From contig JAFALY010000035.1 of assembly GCA_019233975.1 (NCBI GenBank), positions 65,819-129,818 of the forward strand: DNA of 64,000 bases, written 5' to 3'. The DNA is from Alphaproteobacteria bacterium. Lineage in GTDB: Bacteria > Pseudomonadota > Alphaproteobacteria > UBA9219. The notes beneath the pieces were generated by a model, which saw only the letters and a list, made by a program, of their open reading frames with translations, searched no databases and was not told the DNA's origin. Shown piece after piece: positions 51,745-62,072 of the stretch. The translations under genes and the position numbers were made by a program. Every line of letters begins with the position of its first letter. Positions within the stretch are counted from its first letter, which is position 1.

Positions 51745-51745
51745 T

Positions 51746-52381
51746 ATGCAGGACAAACCCACGCAGGCTGATGCAACAAAACTGTTTGCCGGACAGGCGA
51801 CATGCCTTCTGGCCGCCGCCGATGCTGTGCAGTTTCCTGCGACACGTTTACCGGAAATTGCGCTGATCGGTCGGTCGAATGTCGGTAAATCATCGCTCGT
51901 CAACGCTCTGACGGGCCGCAAGGCTTTGGCCCGCGCTTCCAAAACACCGGGCCGCACGCAACAGATCGTGTTTTTTGATGTCGGCCAGAAATTGATGTTG
52001 GCCGACCTGCCGGGCTATGGTCACGCCAAGGCGCCACGTGACGTGCAGGATCAATGGAATAATCTGGTGCATACCTATTTGCGCACACGCCCGCCACTAC
52101 GCTGCGTCTGCCTGTTGATCGATGGACGGCATGGCATTCTGGCGAATGATCTGGGCATGATGCAGTTTCTGGATCGCGCGGCGGTCAGTTACCAGATCGT
52201 GCTGACGAAACTCGACCTCGTAAAACCCCTTGAACGCGACGCGCGCGTGCAACAAACCACGGCACTGATTCAGCGCCATGCCGCAGCGCGCCCGGGCGTG
52301 ATGGCGGTCAGTTCAGAGAAAAATCTGGGCATGGATGAATTGCGCTTGTTCCTCGCCACCATCGCGGCGGGGAAACTCTAA
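51746..52381 (+). CDS. engB: Ribosome biogenesis GTPase YihA/EngB
   Basis: GRSNVGKSS, TPGRT, DLPGYG, TKLD. Confidence 0.95.
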   Translation: MQDKPTQADATKLFAGQATCLLAAADAVQFPATRLPEIALIGRSNVGKSSLVNALTGRKALARASKTPGRTQQIVFFDVGQKLMLADLPGYGHAKAPRDVQDQWNNLVHTYLRTRPPLRCVCLLIDGRHGILANDLGMMQFLDRAAVSYQIVLTKLDLVKPLERDARVQQTTALIQRHAAARPGVMAVSSEKNLGMDELRLFLATIAAGKL

Positions 52382-52382
52382 A

Positions 52383-52787
52383 TCACTTCCCCATCGCTTC
52401 AATGACTTTCCATTCTGCCGCGGTGACGGGGGAAACGGACAGGCGGCTCTGGCGAATAAAGACCATGTCTTGCAGGGCTTTTGCGGCCTTGATGGCGGCC
52501 AGTGTGACGGGCGTTTTAACGGCGCGTACGGGGGCGACCGTGACCATGCCAAAACGCTTGCCTTCATCGCTTGGGTCCAGTTCCCACGCGCCGATAATTT
52601 TCATGATGCCGACAACCGCGCGTTCTTCGTTCGAGTGGTAGAAGAACGCCTGATCCCCCACCTTCATCGCCTTCATATTATTGTTGGCCTGATGATTGCG
52701 CACGCCCGTCCATCCGGTCTTGCCGTCTTTGACAAAGGTCTGCCACGCATAGGCAGACGGCTCGGACTTCATCAACCAATAGGCCAT
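52383..52787 (-). CDS. EVE domain protein
   Basis: YWLMKSEP, W.GVRN.QA, FFYHS, RLSV.PV. Confidence 0.93.
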   Translation of the reverse strand: MAYWLMKSEPSAYAWQTFVKDGKTGWTGVRNHQANNNMKAMKVGDQAFFYHSNEERAVVGIMKIIGAWELDPSDEGKRFGMVTVAPVRAVKTPVTLAAIKAAKALQDMVFIRQSRLSVSPVTAAEWKVIEAMGK

Positions 52788-52796
52788 GGGAACCCC

Positions 52797-53801
52797 TTAT
52801 GCCTGTTCCGATTTCAAAGGCCGTGCCAACAGGCCGTTGATCGCTTCATCAATCGCCAGCGTGCCCTGTAAGATGCCGCAAACGGCTTCGACCACCGGCA
52901 TATCGACGCCGGATTTGCGGGCCAGCGTTTGCGCGGCCTCTGCCGTGTGTACGCCCTCCGTCACGCTGTTCCGCGCGGCCAGAATATCGGCCAGTTCCTG
53001 CCCTTCGCCAAGCGCGATGCCCAGCGACATATTGCGCGATTGCGGACTGGAGCAGGTCAGGACAAGGTCCCCCATGCCCGAAAGCCCCATCAGCGTATCC
53101 GCCCGCGCGCCGATTTTTTGGCCAAGGCGGATCATTTCGCTCAGGCCCCGTGTGATAAGCGCCGCGCGCGCATTGTCGCCAAGCTTGCGCCCCGCCACGA
53201 TGCCGCAGGCAATCGCGATCACGTTCTTAAGGGCACCGCCCAGCGCCGCACCTGTTACGTCATCGGTGACATAGGGGCGGAAAGTGCGGGTTGCCAGCGC
53301 CGGCGCCAGATCTTGAGCCACTGCCTGATTGGCGGCCAATGTAATGGCGGTCGGCAGGCCGCGCGCCATTTCAGCGGCAAAACTGGGGCCGGATAAAATG
53401 GCGATGGCGCTTTGCGGCCAGACTTCCTGCAAGGTCTGGTGTGGCAGCAGGCCCGTGCCGCGCTCAATTCCCTTAGAGGCAATAATAACCGGTGCCGTTA
53501 CATCACCCGCCGGGGCCAGTTGCCGCGCCAGCTCGCGCATATGCTGTGCCGGGCAGGCAAACAGATAACAATCCGCCCCGTACAAATCGCCGATTATGCC
53601 GGTGGCCTGAATACCGGCATCAAGCGCAATGCCGGGCAGGTGGCGTGTGTTTTCATGGCGCGTGTTGATGATATCGACCAACGGCGTGTGATGCGCCCAG
53701 ACGGTAACGCGGTGTCCGTTGCGGCGCAGATTGGCGGCCAGCGCCGTACCAAACGCACCCGCGCCGATAATGCCAAAATGGCGTGGCGTTGGATTGTTCA
53801 T
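52797..53801 (-). CDS. gpsA: NAD(P)H-dependent glycerol-3-phosphate dehydrogenase
   Basis: GAGAFGTALA, SKGIE, SGPSFA, GALKNVIA, GDLVLTC.S.QSRN. Confidence 0.96.
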   Translation of the reverse strand: MNNPTPRHFGIIGAGAFGTALAANLRRNGHRVTVWAHHTPLVDIINTRHENTRHLPGIALDAGIQATGIIGDLYGADCYLFACPAQHMRELARQLAPAGDVTAPVIIASKGIERGTGLLPHQTLQEVWPQSAIAILSGPSFAAEMARGLPTAITLAANQAVAQDLAPALATRTFRPYVTDDVTGAALGGALKNVIAIACGIVAGRKLGDNARAALITRGLSEMIRLGQKIGARADTLMGLSGMGDLVLTCSSPQSRNMSLGIALGEGQELADILAARNSVTEGVHTAEAAQTLARKSGVDMPVVEAVCGILQGTLAIDEAINGLLARPLKSEQA

Positions 53802-54307
53802 TACTGATCGTCCCGGAAGTCGAGCGTGTAATCGCGGATGTTCACGCCAACATCGACTTGCTGGAACCCTTTGGCCTTATACCCGCGCGCATCGCAATTG
53901 CCGTCACCCTGAACGCGGAAGGCTTTGGTGTCAGTGCAGAATTCATACTTGCCGCCCCACAGGAATGGCCGGTGTTCCGGCGTCGGGGTTGAAAGGCCTG
54001 CGGCGTAATAGAAATAGAAACGTTGTTTGAGTGGGTCGCTGTATACGCGCGAACACTGGCCGGGCTCAATCCGCCACCACCCCTCGGAAAACCAGTCCTC
54101 GTGGTTGTCGTCATCGACCGTGTCACGATAACCGATGGCGGCCTCAATCGGTTCCTTGGTTTTGTTGCAAAAAACCATGGCGGCCTGTGCCTGATGCGGA
54201 CAAACAGTCCCCATGAGGCCGAGAATCACGGCCATGGATGCAGCGCGTGCGGGGGGGCTGACCCCCAAAATGCGGAAAAGTGGCGTGAACAAGCGTTTTT
54301 TCAACAT
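53801..54307 (-). CDS. DUF1036 secreted protein
   Basis: Signal peptide, CNKT, SEGWW.IEPG.C, RFYFYYA, C..RGY...GF. Confidence 0.85.
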   Translation of the reverse strand: MLKKRLFTPLFRILGVSPPARAASMAVILGLMGTVCPHQAQAAMVFCNKTKEPIEAAIGYRDTVDDDNHEDWFSEGWWRIEPGQCSRVYSDPLKQRFYFYYAAGLSTPTPEHRPFLWGGKYEFCTDTKAFRVQGDGNCDARGYKAKGFQQVDVGVNIRDYTLDFRDDQ

Positions 54308-54469
54308 GTCTGGTCGGCGGAACGAAAAGCGGTTAACCTTACGGCAATAAAATTGACGTAGCACATCCTAGAGATTAACGACAAGGTGCGGTAGAGGGAA
54401 ACTGTTGCCAGACCCTTGCAACCAAACCCATCCTTACGACCAGCGCCTCATGCCTCAGGGAGCCATAGA

Positions 54470-57166
54470 ATGACAGTCCAAACCGGCCAAGACAGCCTTC
54501 AAACCCGCACCACGCTGACTGTCGGCAATAAAAGCTATGATTATTACAGCCTGAAAACGGTGGAAAAGACGCTGGGTGATTTGTCGCGCCTGCCTTTCAG
54601 CCTCAAAGTCCTCTTGGAAAATCTGCTGCGATTCGAAGATGGGCGCTCGGTAACCGTCGATGATATTAAGGCCATCGGCACCTGGTTGCAGGATCGCAAG
54701 AGCGATACCGAGGTCGCCTATCGCCCCGCACGCGTGTTAATGCAGGACTTCACCGGCGTTCCGGCGGTTGTTGATCTGGCCGCCATGCGCGAAGCCACCA
54801 TTAAACTGGGCGGCGACCCGAAGCGCATTAACCCGCTGTGTCCGGTTGATCTGGTCATCGACCATTCCGTGATGGTTGATTATTTCGGCACCGGCGATGC
54901 CTTCGATAAAAACGTTGATCGTGAGTTTGAACGTAACGGCGAGCGTTATGCCTTCCTGCGTTGGGGCCAAAGCGCGTTTAACAATTTCCGCGTCGTGCCG
55001 CCTGGCACGGGCATTTGCCATCAGGTTAATCTTGAATATCTGGCGCAGACCGTTTGGACGGATCAGGATCAGGGCGGCAAGACGGTCGCCTATCCCGACA
55101 CATGCGTCGGCACCGACAGCCACACAACCATGATCAACGGCCTGTCCGTCTTGGGTTGGGGCGTGGGCGGCATCGAAGCCGAAGCCGCCATGCTGGGTCA
55201 GCCCGTCTCCATGCTGATCCCCGAAGTGGTCGGTTTCAAACTGACCGGCAAACTGAAGGAAGGCACGACCGCAACCGATCTGGTGCTGATGGTCACGCAG
55301 ATGCTGCGTAAAAAGGGCGTCGTCAACAAATTCGTCGAATTTTTCGGCCCGGGCCTGTCGGCCATGTCGCTCGCCGATCGTGCGACCATCGCCAATATGG
55401 CTCCTGAATATGGCGCGACCTGCGGCCTGTTCCCGATTGATGCGGAAACTATCGCCTTCCTGCAATTCTCGGGCCGCGATCCGGACCGTGTGGCACTGGT
55501 CGAAGCCTATGCGAAGGCGCAGGGTATGTGGCGCGATGCGTCTTCGCCCGATCCCGTCTTTACCGATACGCTCGAACTTGATCTGGGTAATGTCGAGCCG
55601 TCATTGGCAGGCCCGCGCCGTCCGCAGGACCGTGTGGCGTTGAAAGATGTCGCGGCCGCGTTTGAAAAAGAACTGCCAAGCTTCAAGGTCGACGTTGCCG
55701 CGCGTGGCAAGAAGGCAGCCGTTGCTGGCGCCGATTACAGCCTGTCGCATGGTGATGTCGTCATTGCGGCGATCACCTCCTGCACGAATACATCCAATCC
55801 GGGCGTATTGATCGCGGCGGGGCTGGTGGCACGCAAGGCGCGGCAGCTCGGTTTGCAGAAAAAGCCGTGGGTCAAAACATCGCTCGCGCCGGGCAGTCAG
55901 GTCGTAACGGATTATCTGGCGAAGGCCGGATTACAGGCGGATCTGGACGCGCTGGGCTTTAATCTGGTGGGTTATGGCTGCACGACCTGTATCGGTAATT
56001 CAGGTCCGTTGCCGGAACCCATCGCCGCCGCGGTGGAGCAGGGTGACCTGGTTGCCGCTGCCGTTCTATCAGGCAACCGCAATTTCGAAGGGCGCGTGAA
56101 CCCGCATTGTAAGGCGAACTATCTGGCCTCGCCGCCGCTGGTTGTCGCTTATGCGCTCGCCGGCAATATTGCGCTTGATCTTGCCACGCAACCACTGGGC
56201 ACCAGCAAGGATGGCAAGCCTGTTTTCCTCAAGGATATCTGGCCCACACAAGCGGAAATCAGCGCCATGCTGAACGCCGCCCTGACGCCCGATATGTTCC
56301 GTTCGCGCTACAGCAACGTGTTCGCCGGACCGCAAAAGTGGCAGCAGATCAACGTGGCAACAGGTCAGACTTATGGCTGGCAGGCGGAATCCACCTATGT
56401 GAAATCGCCGCCGCTCTTTGACAATCTGCCGCGTGAACCGCAGGGCGTGACCGATATTCAGGGTGCGCGTTTGCTGGCGCTTTTGGGTGACTCGATCACT
56501 ACGGACCATATCTCTCCGGCGGGTGATATTAAAAAGAGCAGCCCGGCGGGCTTGTACCTGACGCAGCATGGCGTACCGGTGTCCGAATTTAATTCGTATG
56601 GCGCGCGTCGCGGTAATCACGAAGTCATGATGCGCGGCACATTCGCCAATATCCGTATCAAGAACGAGCTGATGGGCGGCGCCGAAGGCGGCAATACCAA
56701 GCATGTGCCGTCGGGCGAAACGCTGTCGATCTATGACGCCTCCATGCGTTATCAGGCTGACGGCGTGCCGCTGGTCGTCATTGCGGGCAAGGAATACGGC
56801 ACGGGTTCATCGCGCGACTGGGCGGCCAAGGGGACAAAACTTCTGGGTGTTCGCGCCGTCGTTGCCGAAAGCTTTGAACGTATCCACCGTTCGAACCTCG
56901 TCGGCATGGGTGTCTTGCCGCTGGAATTCAAGGACGGCATGACACGCGCCGACCTGAAGCTAACCGGTAACGAAAGCTTCGCCATTTCTGGCGTTGCCGT
57001 CGGGCTGAAACCACGCATGGATGTGACGCTGACGGTAACGCGTGCCGACGGTACGACAACGACCGCGACGCTGCGTTGCCGCATCGATACGTTGGATGAA
57101 GTCGATTATTTCAAGCATGGCGGCATTCTGCCCTATGTCTTGCGCAGCCTGATCAAACAGTCTTAA
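54470..57166 (+). CDS. acnA: Aconitate hydratase A
   Basis: [52 protein letters not shown]. Confidence 0.98.
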   Translation: MTVQTGQDSLQTRTTLTVGNKSYDYYSLKTVEKTLGDLSRLPFSLKVLLENLLRFEDGRSVTVDDIKAIGTWLQDRKSDTEVAYRPARVLMQDFTGVPAVVDLAAMREATIKLGGDPKRINPLCPVDLVIDHSVMVDYFGTGDAFDKNVDREFERNGERYAFLRWGQSAFNNFRVVPPGTGICHQVNLEYLAQTVWTDQDQGGKTVAYPDTCVGTDSHTTMINGLSVLGWGVGGIEAEAAMLGQPVSMLIPEVVGFKLTGKLKEGTTATDLVLMVTQMLRKKGVVNKFVEFFGPGLSAMSLADRATIANMAPEYGATCGLFPIDAETIAFLQFSGRDPDRVALVEAYAKAQGMWRDASSPDPVFTDTLELDLGNVEPSLAGPRRPQDRVALKDVAAAFEKELPSFKVDVAARGKKAAVAGADYSLSHGDVVIAAITSCTNTSNPGVLIAAGLVARKARQLGLQKKPWVKTSLAPGSQVVTDYLAKAGLQADLDALGFNLVGYGCTTCIGNSGPLPEPIAAAVEQGDLVAAAVLSGNRNFEGRVNPHCKANYLASPPLVVAYALAGNIALDLATQPLGTSKDGKPVFLKDIWPTQAEISAMLNAALTPDMFRSRYSNVFAGPQKWQQINVATGQTYGWQAESTYVKSPPLFDNLPREPQGVTDIQGARLLALLGDSITTDHISPAGDIKKSSPAGLYLTQHGVPVSEFNSYGARRGNHEVMMRGTFANIRIKNELMGGAEGGNTKHVPSGETLSIYDASMRYQADGVPLVVIAGKEYGTGSSRDWAAKGTKLLGVRAVVAESFERIHRSNLVGMGVLPLEFKDGMTRADLKLTGNESFAISGVAVGLKPRMDVTLTVTRADGTTTTATLRCRIDTLDEVDYFKHGGILPYVLRSLIKQS

Positions 57167-57183
57167 TAGGAAAGGGAAATATC

Positions 57184-57897
57184 ATGAGGATCCGTACGCA
57201 ATTACTGATGACCGCCGCGCTGATCGCCTCGTTCGCCACCGCCGCGCAGGCCGAAGAACAGCCCGGTTACCCGCGCCAATTTTCCACCGAAGCGCGTCAC
57301 ATTGTCGCCACGCACTGCCTGAATTGCGGTTCGTCGGAAGGTCAGGCAGTGGGTCAGCAAATGGCCGCGCCTGCGTTGCCGGAAGTCGTTCACTTCGCCA
57401 GCGGTTCGGATAAGCTGGATGCGGGTGGCAAGGCCATTGTCAAGAAAGTTGCTGCTGATCTTAAGTCTCCTGCCTTTGCGCAATCGCATGTGATCGTACG
57501 CGGCTTTGCCGACAGCCAGGGCAAGAATGCCGAGAACCAGCGTTTGTCGTTCCATCGTGCGCTGACGGTCGTCAAGGCGCTGGAAGCCGAAGGCGTGCCA
57601 GCGGCCAAGCTGACGGCGCAGGGTTTTGGTGCCGATGATCCTGTTGGTGACAACAAGACGGGTGCCGGTCGCGCGCTCAACCGCCGCGTGACATTTGAAG
57701 TCGTGTGTTCCATGGGCAACCCGGAATATCCGCGCCCCGTGATACATCACAGCGCCAAACACCACCACATGGGGATGAAGCCGCAAGGTGATGCGCCACA
57801 GGGTACGGCAACGGAGCATAAGCACAAACACCACCATCACCACCACCATGATGATGCGCAGCAGCAGGGCACAACCCCGCCGCAAGGGCAACAGTAA
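57184..57897 (+). CDS. Secreted OmpA-C domain protein with His-rich tail
   Basis: Signal peptide AQA|EE, GFADSQG...NQRLS..RA, NRRV; C-terminal HKHKHHHHHHH. Confidence 0.85.
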   Translation: MRIRTQLLMTAALIASFATAAQAEEQPGYPRQFSTEARHIVATHCLNCGSSEGQAVGQQMAAPALPEVVHFASGSDKLDAGGKAIVKKVAADLKSPAFAQSHVIVRGFADSQGKNAENQRLSFHRALTVVKALEAEGVPAAKLTAQGFGADDPVGDNKTGAGRALNRRVTFEVVCSMGNPEYPRPVIHHSAKHHHMGMKPQGDAPQGTATEHKHKHHHHHHHDDAQQQGTTPPQGQQ

Positions 57898-57914
57898 CGG
57901 TCAGGAGCAGGCGC

Positions 57915-58799
57915 GTGGCAAAAACTCAATCATCCTTTGTTATCAGTGACGAGGAATTAGAGGGTTTGCTCACGCGCTATACGCGCGATATCACGGCCAT
58001 GGACCGCGCGGGCAGGTTCGACCCGATATCGGGTCGCGATGATGAAATCAACCAGATGGTCCTCATCCTCCTGCAACGGTTGCGCAAGAATGTCCTGATT
58101 ATGGGGCCAGCCGGTACGGGTAAAACCGCCCTGTTCACAGGTGTTGCGCAGGCCATCAATCAGAACAAGGTGCCGCCCATGCTGGCGGGTGCCCGCCTCA
58201 TTGAACTTGAAATGTCCATGATCGGTGCGGGTTCCGCCTCGCGCGCGGATCTGGAAGGGCGATTGATTCCTATCATCAAAGGCGTGGCTGAACGCAACGC
58301 TGCACGTCAAGGGCCGCCCATTATCTTCTGCATCGACGAAGTGCATCAATTGATGCTGGCCTTTAAGGCGTCCAGTTACGCCGGTGTTGCCGATTTGATG
58401 AAGCCCTACCTGACAGCGGGCGATCTGTATGTGCTGGCAGCGACCACGCGCGAAGAATACGAAGATTACGTGCGCGTTGAACCGGCCATCGATCGCCGTT
58501 TCCAGAAAATCGCCTTGCGCACGCCCGACCTTGCCATGACAGAGACCATTCTTTTAAACATGAAGCCGGGGTTCGAAGAACATTTTGGCCTGACCATTAC
58601 ACCCGAGGCCGTGGCGCGTATTGTCAAACTGACGGACCGCTATATCCGCAACCGCAATAACCCGGATAAATCCATTCTGGCGATGGACTTCGCCTGCGCC
58701 GTCGCCGTTAAACGCGGCGGGCAAAAAACGCTGGATGATAAATCCATTGAAATCGCCGTCGGCGCCGAGGCCGGCATTCACGCCTCTGCGGTGAAGTAG
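57915..58799 (+). CDS. Stand-alone AAA+ ATPase homologous to ClpA/ClpB NBD1
   Basis: DPISGRDDEI, GPAGTGKT, IDEVH, AATT.EEY, RRFQ, DRYI.NR..PDKSI; AGGAG RBS and GTG start. Confidence 0.88.
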   Translation: MAKTQSSFVISDEELEGLLTRYTRDITAMDRAGRFDPISGRDDEINQMVLILLQRLRKNVLIMGPAGTGKTALFTGVAQAINQNKVPPMLAGARLIELEMSMIGAGSASRADLEGRLIPIIKGVAERNAARQGPPIIFCIDEVHQLMLAFKASSYAGVADLMKPYLTAGDLYVLAATTREEYEDYVRVEPAIDRRFQKIALRTPDLAMTETILLNMKPGFEEHFGLTITPEAVARIVKLTDRYIRNRNNPDKSILAMDFACAVAVKRGGQKTLDDKSIEIAVGAEAGIHASAVK

Positions 58800-58805
58800 C
58801 TAAGA

Positions 58806-59864
58806 TCAAAAAACCTTGCGGCGGGCCTTGATGGCGGCGGCTTCGGCGTCGGGCAGGGTTTCACAGATAACCTGATTGCGGCCTGCGCCTTTGGCCTTGT
58901 AAAGGCCGGAGTCGGCGCGACCGATAAAGGATTCCATGTCTTCGCCCGGGCAGTATTCTGCGGCGCCGATGGACACCGTGATGACACCCAGCGTTTCGTT
59001 CGTGCTGCGTTTCTTGATCTGCTTGGTCGACAGGGCGCTGCGCAGCAGGTTGGCCACGCGTTCGGCGTCTTGCAAACGGGTTTGGGCCAGCAGGATAACA
59101 AATTCTTCGCCGCCGTAGCGAGCGATCACGTCGCGGCCTTTCAGGTTTTCAACCAGCGTGCGCGCAACAAGACGCAGCACCTGGTCGCCGATCTGGTGGC
59201 CATAGCTGTCGTTGAACTTCTTGAAGTGATCGATATCGACCATCAGCAGGGAAAGCGGCGCGGCATTGTCGCGCGCTTCGGCGGTCGTGTGGATCAGTTC
59301 CTTGTCGAAGAATTTGCGGTTACCGACTTCGGTCAGCGGGTCAATTTGCGATTCGCGGTGGATCTGGTCAAAGCTGGTGCGCATCTCGCTGAGCTGCTGT
59401 GTTGCTTCGGCCAATTGCGCAGCTAAACGTTCGTTCTGCGCCGACATGTTCAGGGTTTCTGCGGCGACCTTGGTCACGGCTTCACGGATCTGCTCCATGG
59501 ATTTGCCGCTCGTCAACGTGCCGGAGAAATCATCCAGCGTTTCTGAATATTGATTGGCGTCGTTCGAGGCGCGGTCAATCATGTCCAGCATGCGATTGAC
59601 TTCGCTTTCGATCGAAGCGTTCGCCTCTTGCAGCATCTTATGCTCGGCATCAATGCCCAGATGGGTCTGATATAATTCGTTGCAGTTGTCCTGCGTCAAG
59701 CTTGGTTGCTTGCTGAGAAAGATGTCGACTGCGGTGCGCAGACGCGGATTGCTGCCTGCGAAGTAGTAGTAGTAGATCGCGTAATTATTCGGGGTCGGCA
59801 CTAGTCCGTCGCGCTTCAGTCTTTCAAAAGCCTGTAGCGCCCATTGGTCTGGGGTATACGCCAT
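58806..59864 (-). CDS. Diguanylate cyclase (coiled coil + GGDEF)
   Basis: DPLT...NR, DIDHFK.FND.YGH..GD, RYGGEEF. Confidence 0.93.
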   Translation of the reverse strand: MAYTPDQWALQAFERLKRDGLVPTPNNYAIYYYYFAGSNPRLRTAVDIFLSKQPSLTQDNCNELYQTHLGIDAEHKMLQEANASIESEVNRMLDMIDRASNDANQYSETLDDFSGTLTSGKSMEQIREAVTKVAAETLNMSAQNERLAAQLAEATQQLSEMRTSFDQIHRESQIDPLTEVGNRKFFDKELIHTTAEARDNAAPLSLLMVDIDHFKKFNDSYGHQIGDQVLRLVARTLVENLKGRDVIARYGGEEFVILLAQTRLQDAERVANLLRSALSTKQIKKRSTNETLGVITVSIGAAEYCPGEDMESFIGRADSGLYKAKGAGRNQVICETLPDAEAAAIKARRKVF

Positions 59865-59971
59865 AGTAAACGGGCCTGTTCTGCGTTGGTATAGTTAAAG
59901 AATACCCGAGTAATAAACCGAATCCCAGTATGAATAAAGAGTTTTCATGAAAAAACTCTTGTGCGGGGCCG

Positions 59972-60454
59972 TCATTGCCCTTCGCGTTTGGCGCCCAGAG
60001 GCGTGGGGTGGGAAAGGTTGCCCAGCAGCTGGCGGATGAAGGTATCATTGCGGCCATAGGTGGGCGTTTCGCCGTCGGCGGGTGTGATATCTTGCGCGGT
60101 AGTCAGGTCCAGCGGTTCAATTGTTGCGACGATCCCCTGATCATTAAAATGAATCGCAACAGCCTTCTGTTCAACCACTTCCGGGTCGAAAAACGAATAT
60201 TGCTCGGTCCTGCGGCCGACATAGTACCAGGTTTTATCGTCAAAGGTGCTGATCTGGGTCGGTGTGCCCAGTTTGGTTGCAACTTCTTCACGCGTGCTGG
60301 TGCCTGCCTTAACCTCGGCCAAGCGGTCGGGGTCCAGAATATTGCCGCGCGTGGCGACTGTGGGCTCGCACGCGGTTATGGCCAGCGACAAAGCCACAAG
60401 AGCGGGCCCGCGCAGGCGGCGGCACAAATCAGACAGCGAAAAAACAACAGACAT
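59972..60454 (-). CDS. bamE: Outer membrane protein assembly lipoprotein
   Basis: Lipobox ITAC, RGN, LGTP, WYY; conserved position opposite cbp3-yceD. Confidence 0.9.
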   Translation of the reverse strand: MSVVFSLSDLCRRLRGPALVALSLAITACEPTVATRGNILDPDRLAEVKAGTSTREEVATKLGTPTQISTFDDKTWYYVGRRTEQYSFFDPEVVEQKAVAIHFNDQGIVATIEPLDLTTAQDITPADGETPTYGRNDTFIRQLLGNLSHPTPLGAKREGQ

Positions 60455-60539
60455 CGACAAAGCTTGCCCCTGCGGCGCAGAACGTGCTTGATTATTGAAG
60501 TTATCACAAAGCAACATAAATACAGTTTGGTCAAGTGCC

Positions 60540-61112
60540 ATGATATCTGCCGCCACCACGTTTTTACAAAGATTGATGCGCCGCCTCGCGCCGCCTGTGG
60601 CCGAAGCGGAAATGGACGCGCTTTACCGGCTTTGCATCGTGGCCGCACGCCGCGACTCGTTTTACAAAGCGGGCGGCGTTCCCGACACGCTGGAAGGCCG
60701 GTTCGACCTGTTGCTGCTCCATGTCTGGCTCGCGATGCGACATTTGCCGGAAGACGCCGCACCGCGCGGGCAGCGTCAGCAATTGTTTGACATCATGTTT
60801 GCCGATATGGACCGCAATCTGCGTGAAATGGGCATCGGCGATATGGGCATTCCAAAGCGGATGAAGGCACTTCTGAACGGCTTTTATGGCCGGACGCAAG
60901 TGTATGAAAAAGCGTTGGGTGAGGCAGATGGCGATGCCGCGCTGGCGACCGCGCTCGCACGCAATGTATATTTTGTGCCAGAGGCAACGGCGCAGGCCCA
61001 CGCGCTGGCGGCCTATGTCAGGCAAGCCGACCAGATCCTGCGGGCGCAGGCATCGGCATTGGCGCAGGGACGCGCCGCGTTCCCGGATGCCGTTTTTCCC
61101 GATCTGGCTTGA
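60540..61112 (+). CDS. Ubiquinol-cytochrome c chaperone (Cbp3-like)
   Basis: VPDT.EGRF.LLLLH, DMD.NLREMG.GD, FYGR...Y, ALARN. Confidence 0.9.
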   Translation: MISAATTFLQRLMRRLAPPVAEAEMDALYRLCIVAARRDSFYKAGGVPDTLEGRFDLLLLHVWLAMRHLPEDAAPRGQRQQLFDIMFADMDRNLREMGIGDMGIPKRMKALLNGFYGRTQVYEKALGEADGDAALATALARNVYFVPEATAQAHALAAYVRQADQILRAQASALAQGRAAFPDAVFPDLA

Positions 61113-61136
61113 TCGCATAGAAGGCGGATAGAAATC

Positions 61137-61718
61137 ATGAAGCGTCAGCACACTCCCGACTATGAATTATCGCGCCCCTTGGTGGTTGATAAAATCTCCT
61201 CCAACGGCGTTGAGGATGATATCAAGGCAACCCCCAAGGAACGTGCTGCATTGGCGGCGCGGTTTGGCTTGATTGATTTGCCGATGTTACGGGCGCGTCT
61301 GCAATCGCACGCTTCGCATGCAGGTGCGGTGGTCAGCGTTGTGGGCAGGTTGGAAGCGGATGTGGTGCAGCCTTGCGTCGTGACGCTGGAGCCCGTCGCC
61401 GCGCATATCGAACAGGATATCGACGTTAAATTTTCTGCGATCGATACGACACCGGAAGCCAGCGCCATTCAGCATGATGCCGACGAAGACGATGTTGAGC
61501 CGATCGAAGGCGGCGTCATCGATTTGGGTGAGCTGGTGGCGCAACATCTTGGAATCGCGCTCAACCCCTATCCGCGCAAGGAAGGCGTTGCGTTTGACGA
61601 AGCCGAAATGGGCGCCCCACCCTCCCAACAGGCTGCTAATGATGCCGGTAAAGATACGAATAACCCCTTTGCGCGACTGGTTGAATTGCAAAAAAATCGT
61701 GATAAATCAGATAAATAG
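61137..61718 (+). CDS. yceD: YceD/DUF177 family protein
   Basis: ERAALA.RF, Q.CVVTLEPV, IDLGE, L.PYPR, NPFA.L; upstream of rpmF. Confidence 0.88.
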   Translation: MKRQHTPDYELSRPLVVDKISSNGVEDDIKATPKERAALAARFGLIDLPMLRARLQSHASHAGAVVSVVGRLEADVVQPCVVTLEPVAAHIEQDIDVKFSAIDTTPEASAIQHDADEDDVEPIEGGVIDLGELVAQHLGIALNPYPRKEGVAFDEAEMGAPPSQQAANDAGKDTNNPFARLVELQKNRDKSDK

Positions 61719-61850
61719 CATGTTGCCGCGCGTTTTTGCTTGCAATTCCCGCATATTTCCCTAGAACAGGCGGACTTGCGCGGTTGTACGGCGCCCTGGG
61801 GGGCGTTGTCCGCGCCTTAATTTTTGCCAAGATATTCGTGAGTAGAAGCC

Positions 61851-62036
61851 ATGGCCGTTCCTAAAAGAAAAACATCGAAATCCGTCCGCAATATGCGTCG
61901 TTCGCACCACGCGCTGGAAGCGACCAACTCGATCGAATGCCAAAACTGCGGCGAACCCAAGTTGCCGCATCATGTTTGTGGCGCTTGCGGCCACTATGAT
62001 GGCCGTTCGGTTGTGAAGTCGAAGAAATCTGCCTAA
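61851..62036 (+). CDS. rpmF: 50S ribosomal protein L32 (Zn-ribbon type)
   Basis: [17 protein letters not shown], CxxC..PHHVCxxC. Confidence 0.97.
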   Translation: MAVPKRKTSKSVRNMRRSHHALEATNSIECQNCGEPKLPHHVCGACGHYDGRSVVKSKKSA

Positions 62037-62072
62037 TCCTTCATAACGCCCGCTTTCGGGAGTCATCTGATC

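Noticed and set aside
57310-57330. Possible c-type heme site in the OmpA protein
   Set aside because: The motif is HCLNCG, not CxxCH.
59937-59960. AT-rich inverted repeat aagagtttt-N6-aaaactctt between bamE and the GGDEF gene
   Set aside because: Weak stem; cannot distinguish terminator, operator or chance.
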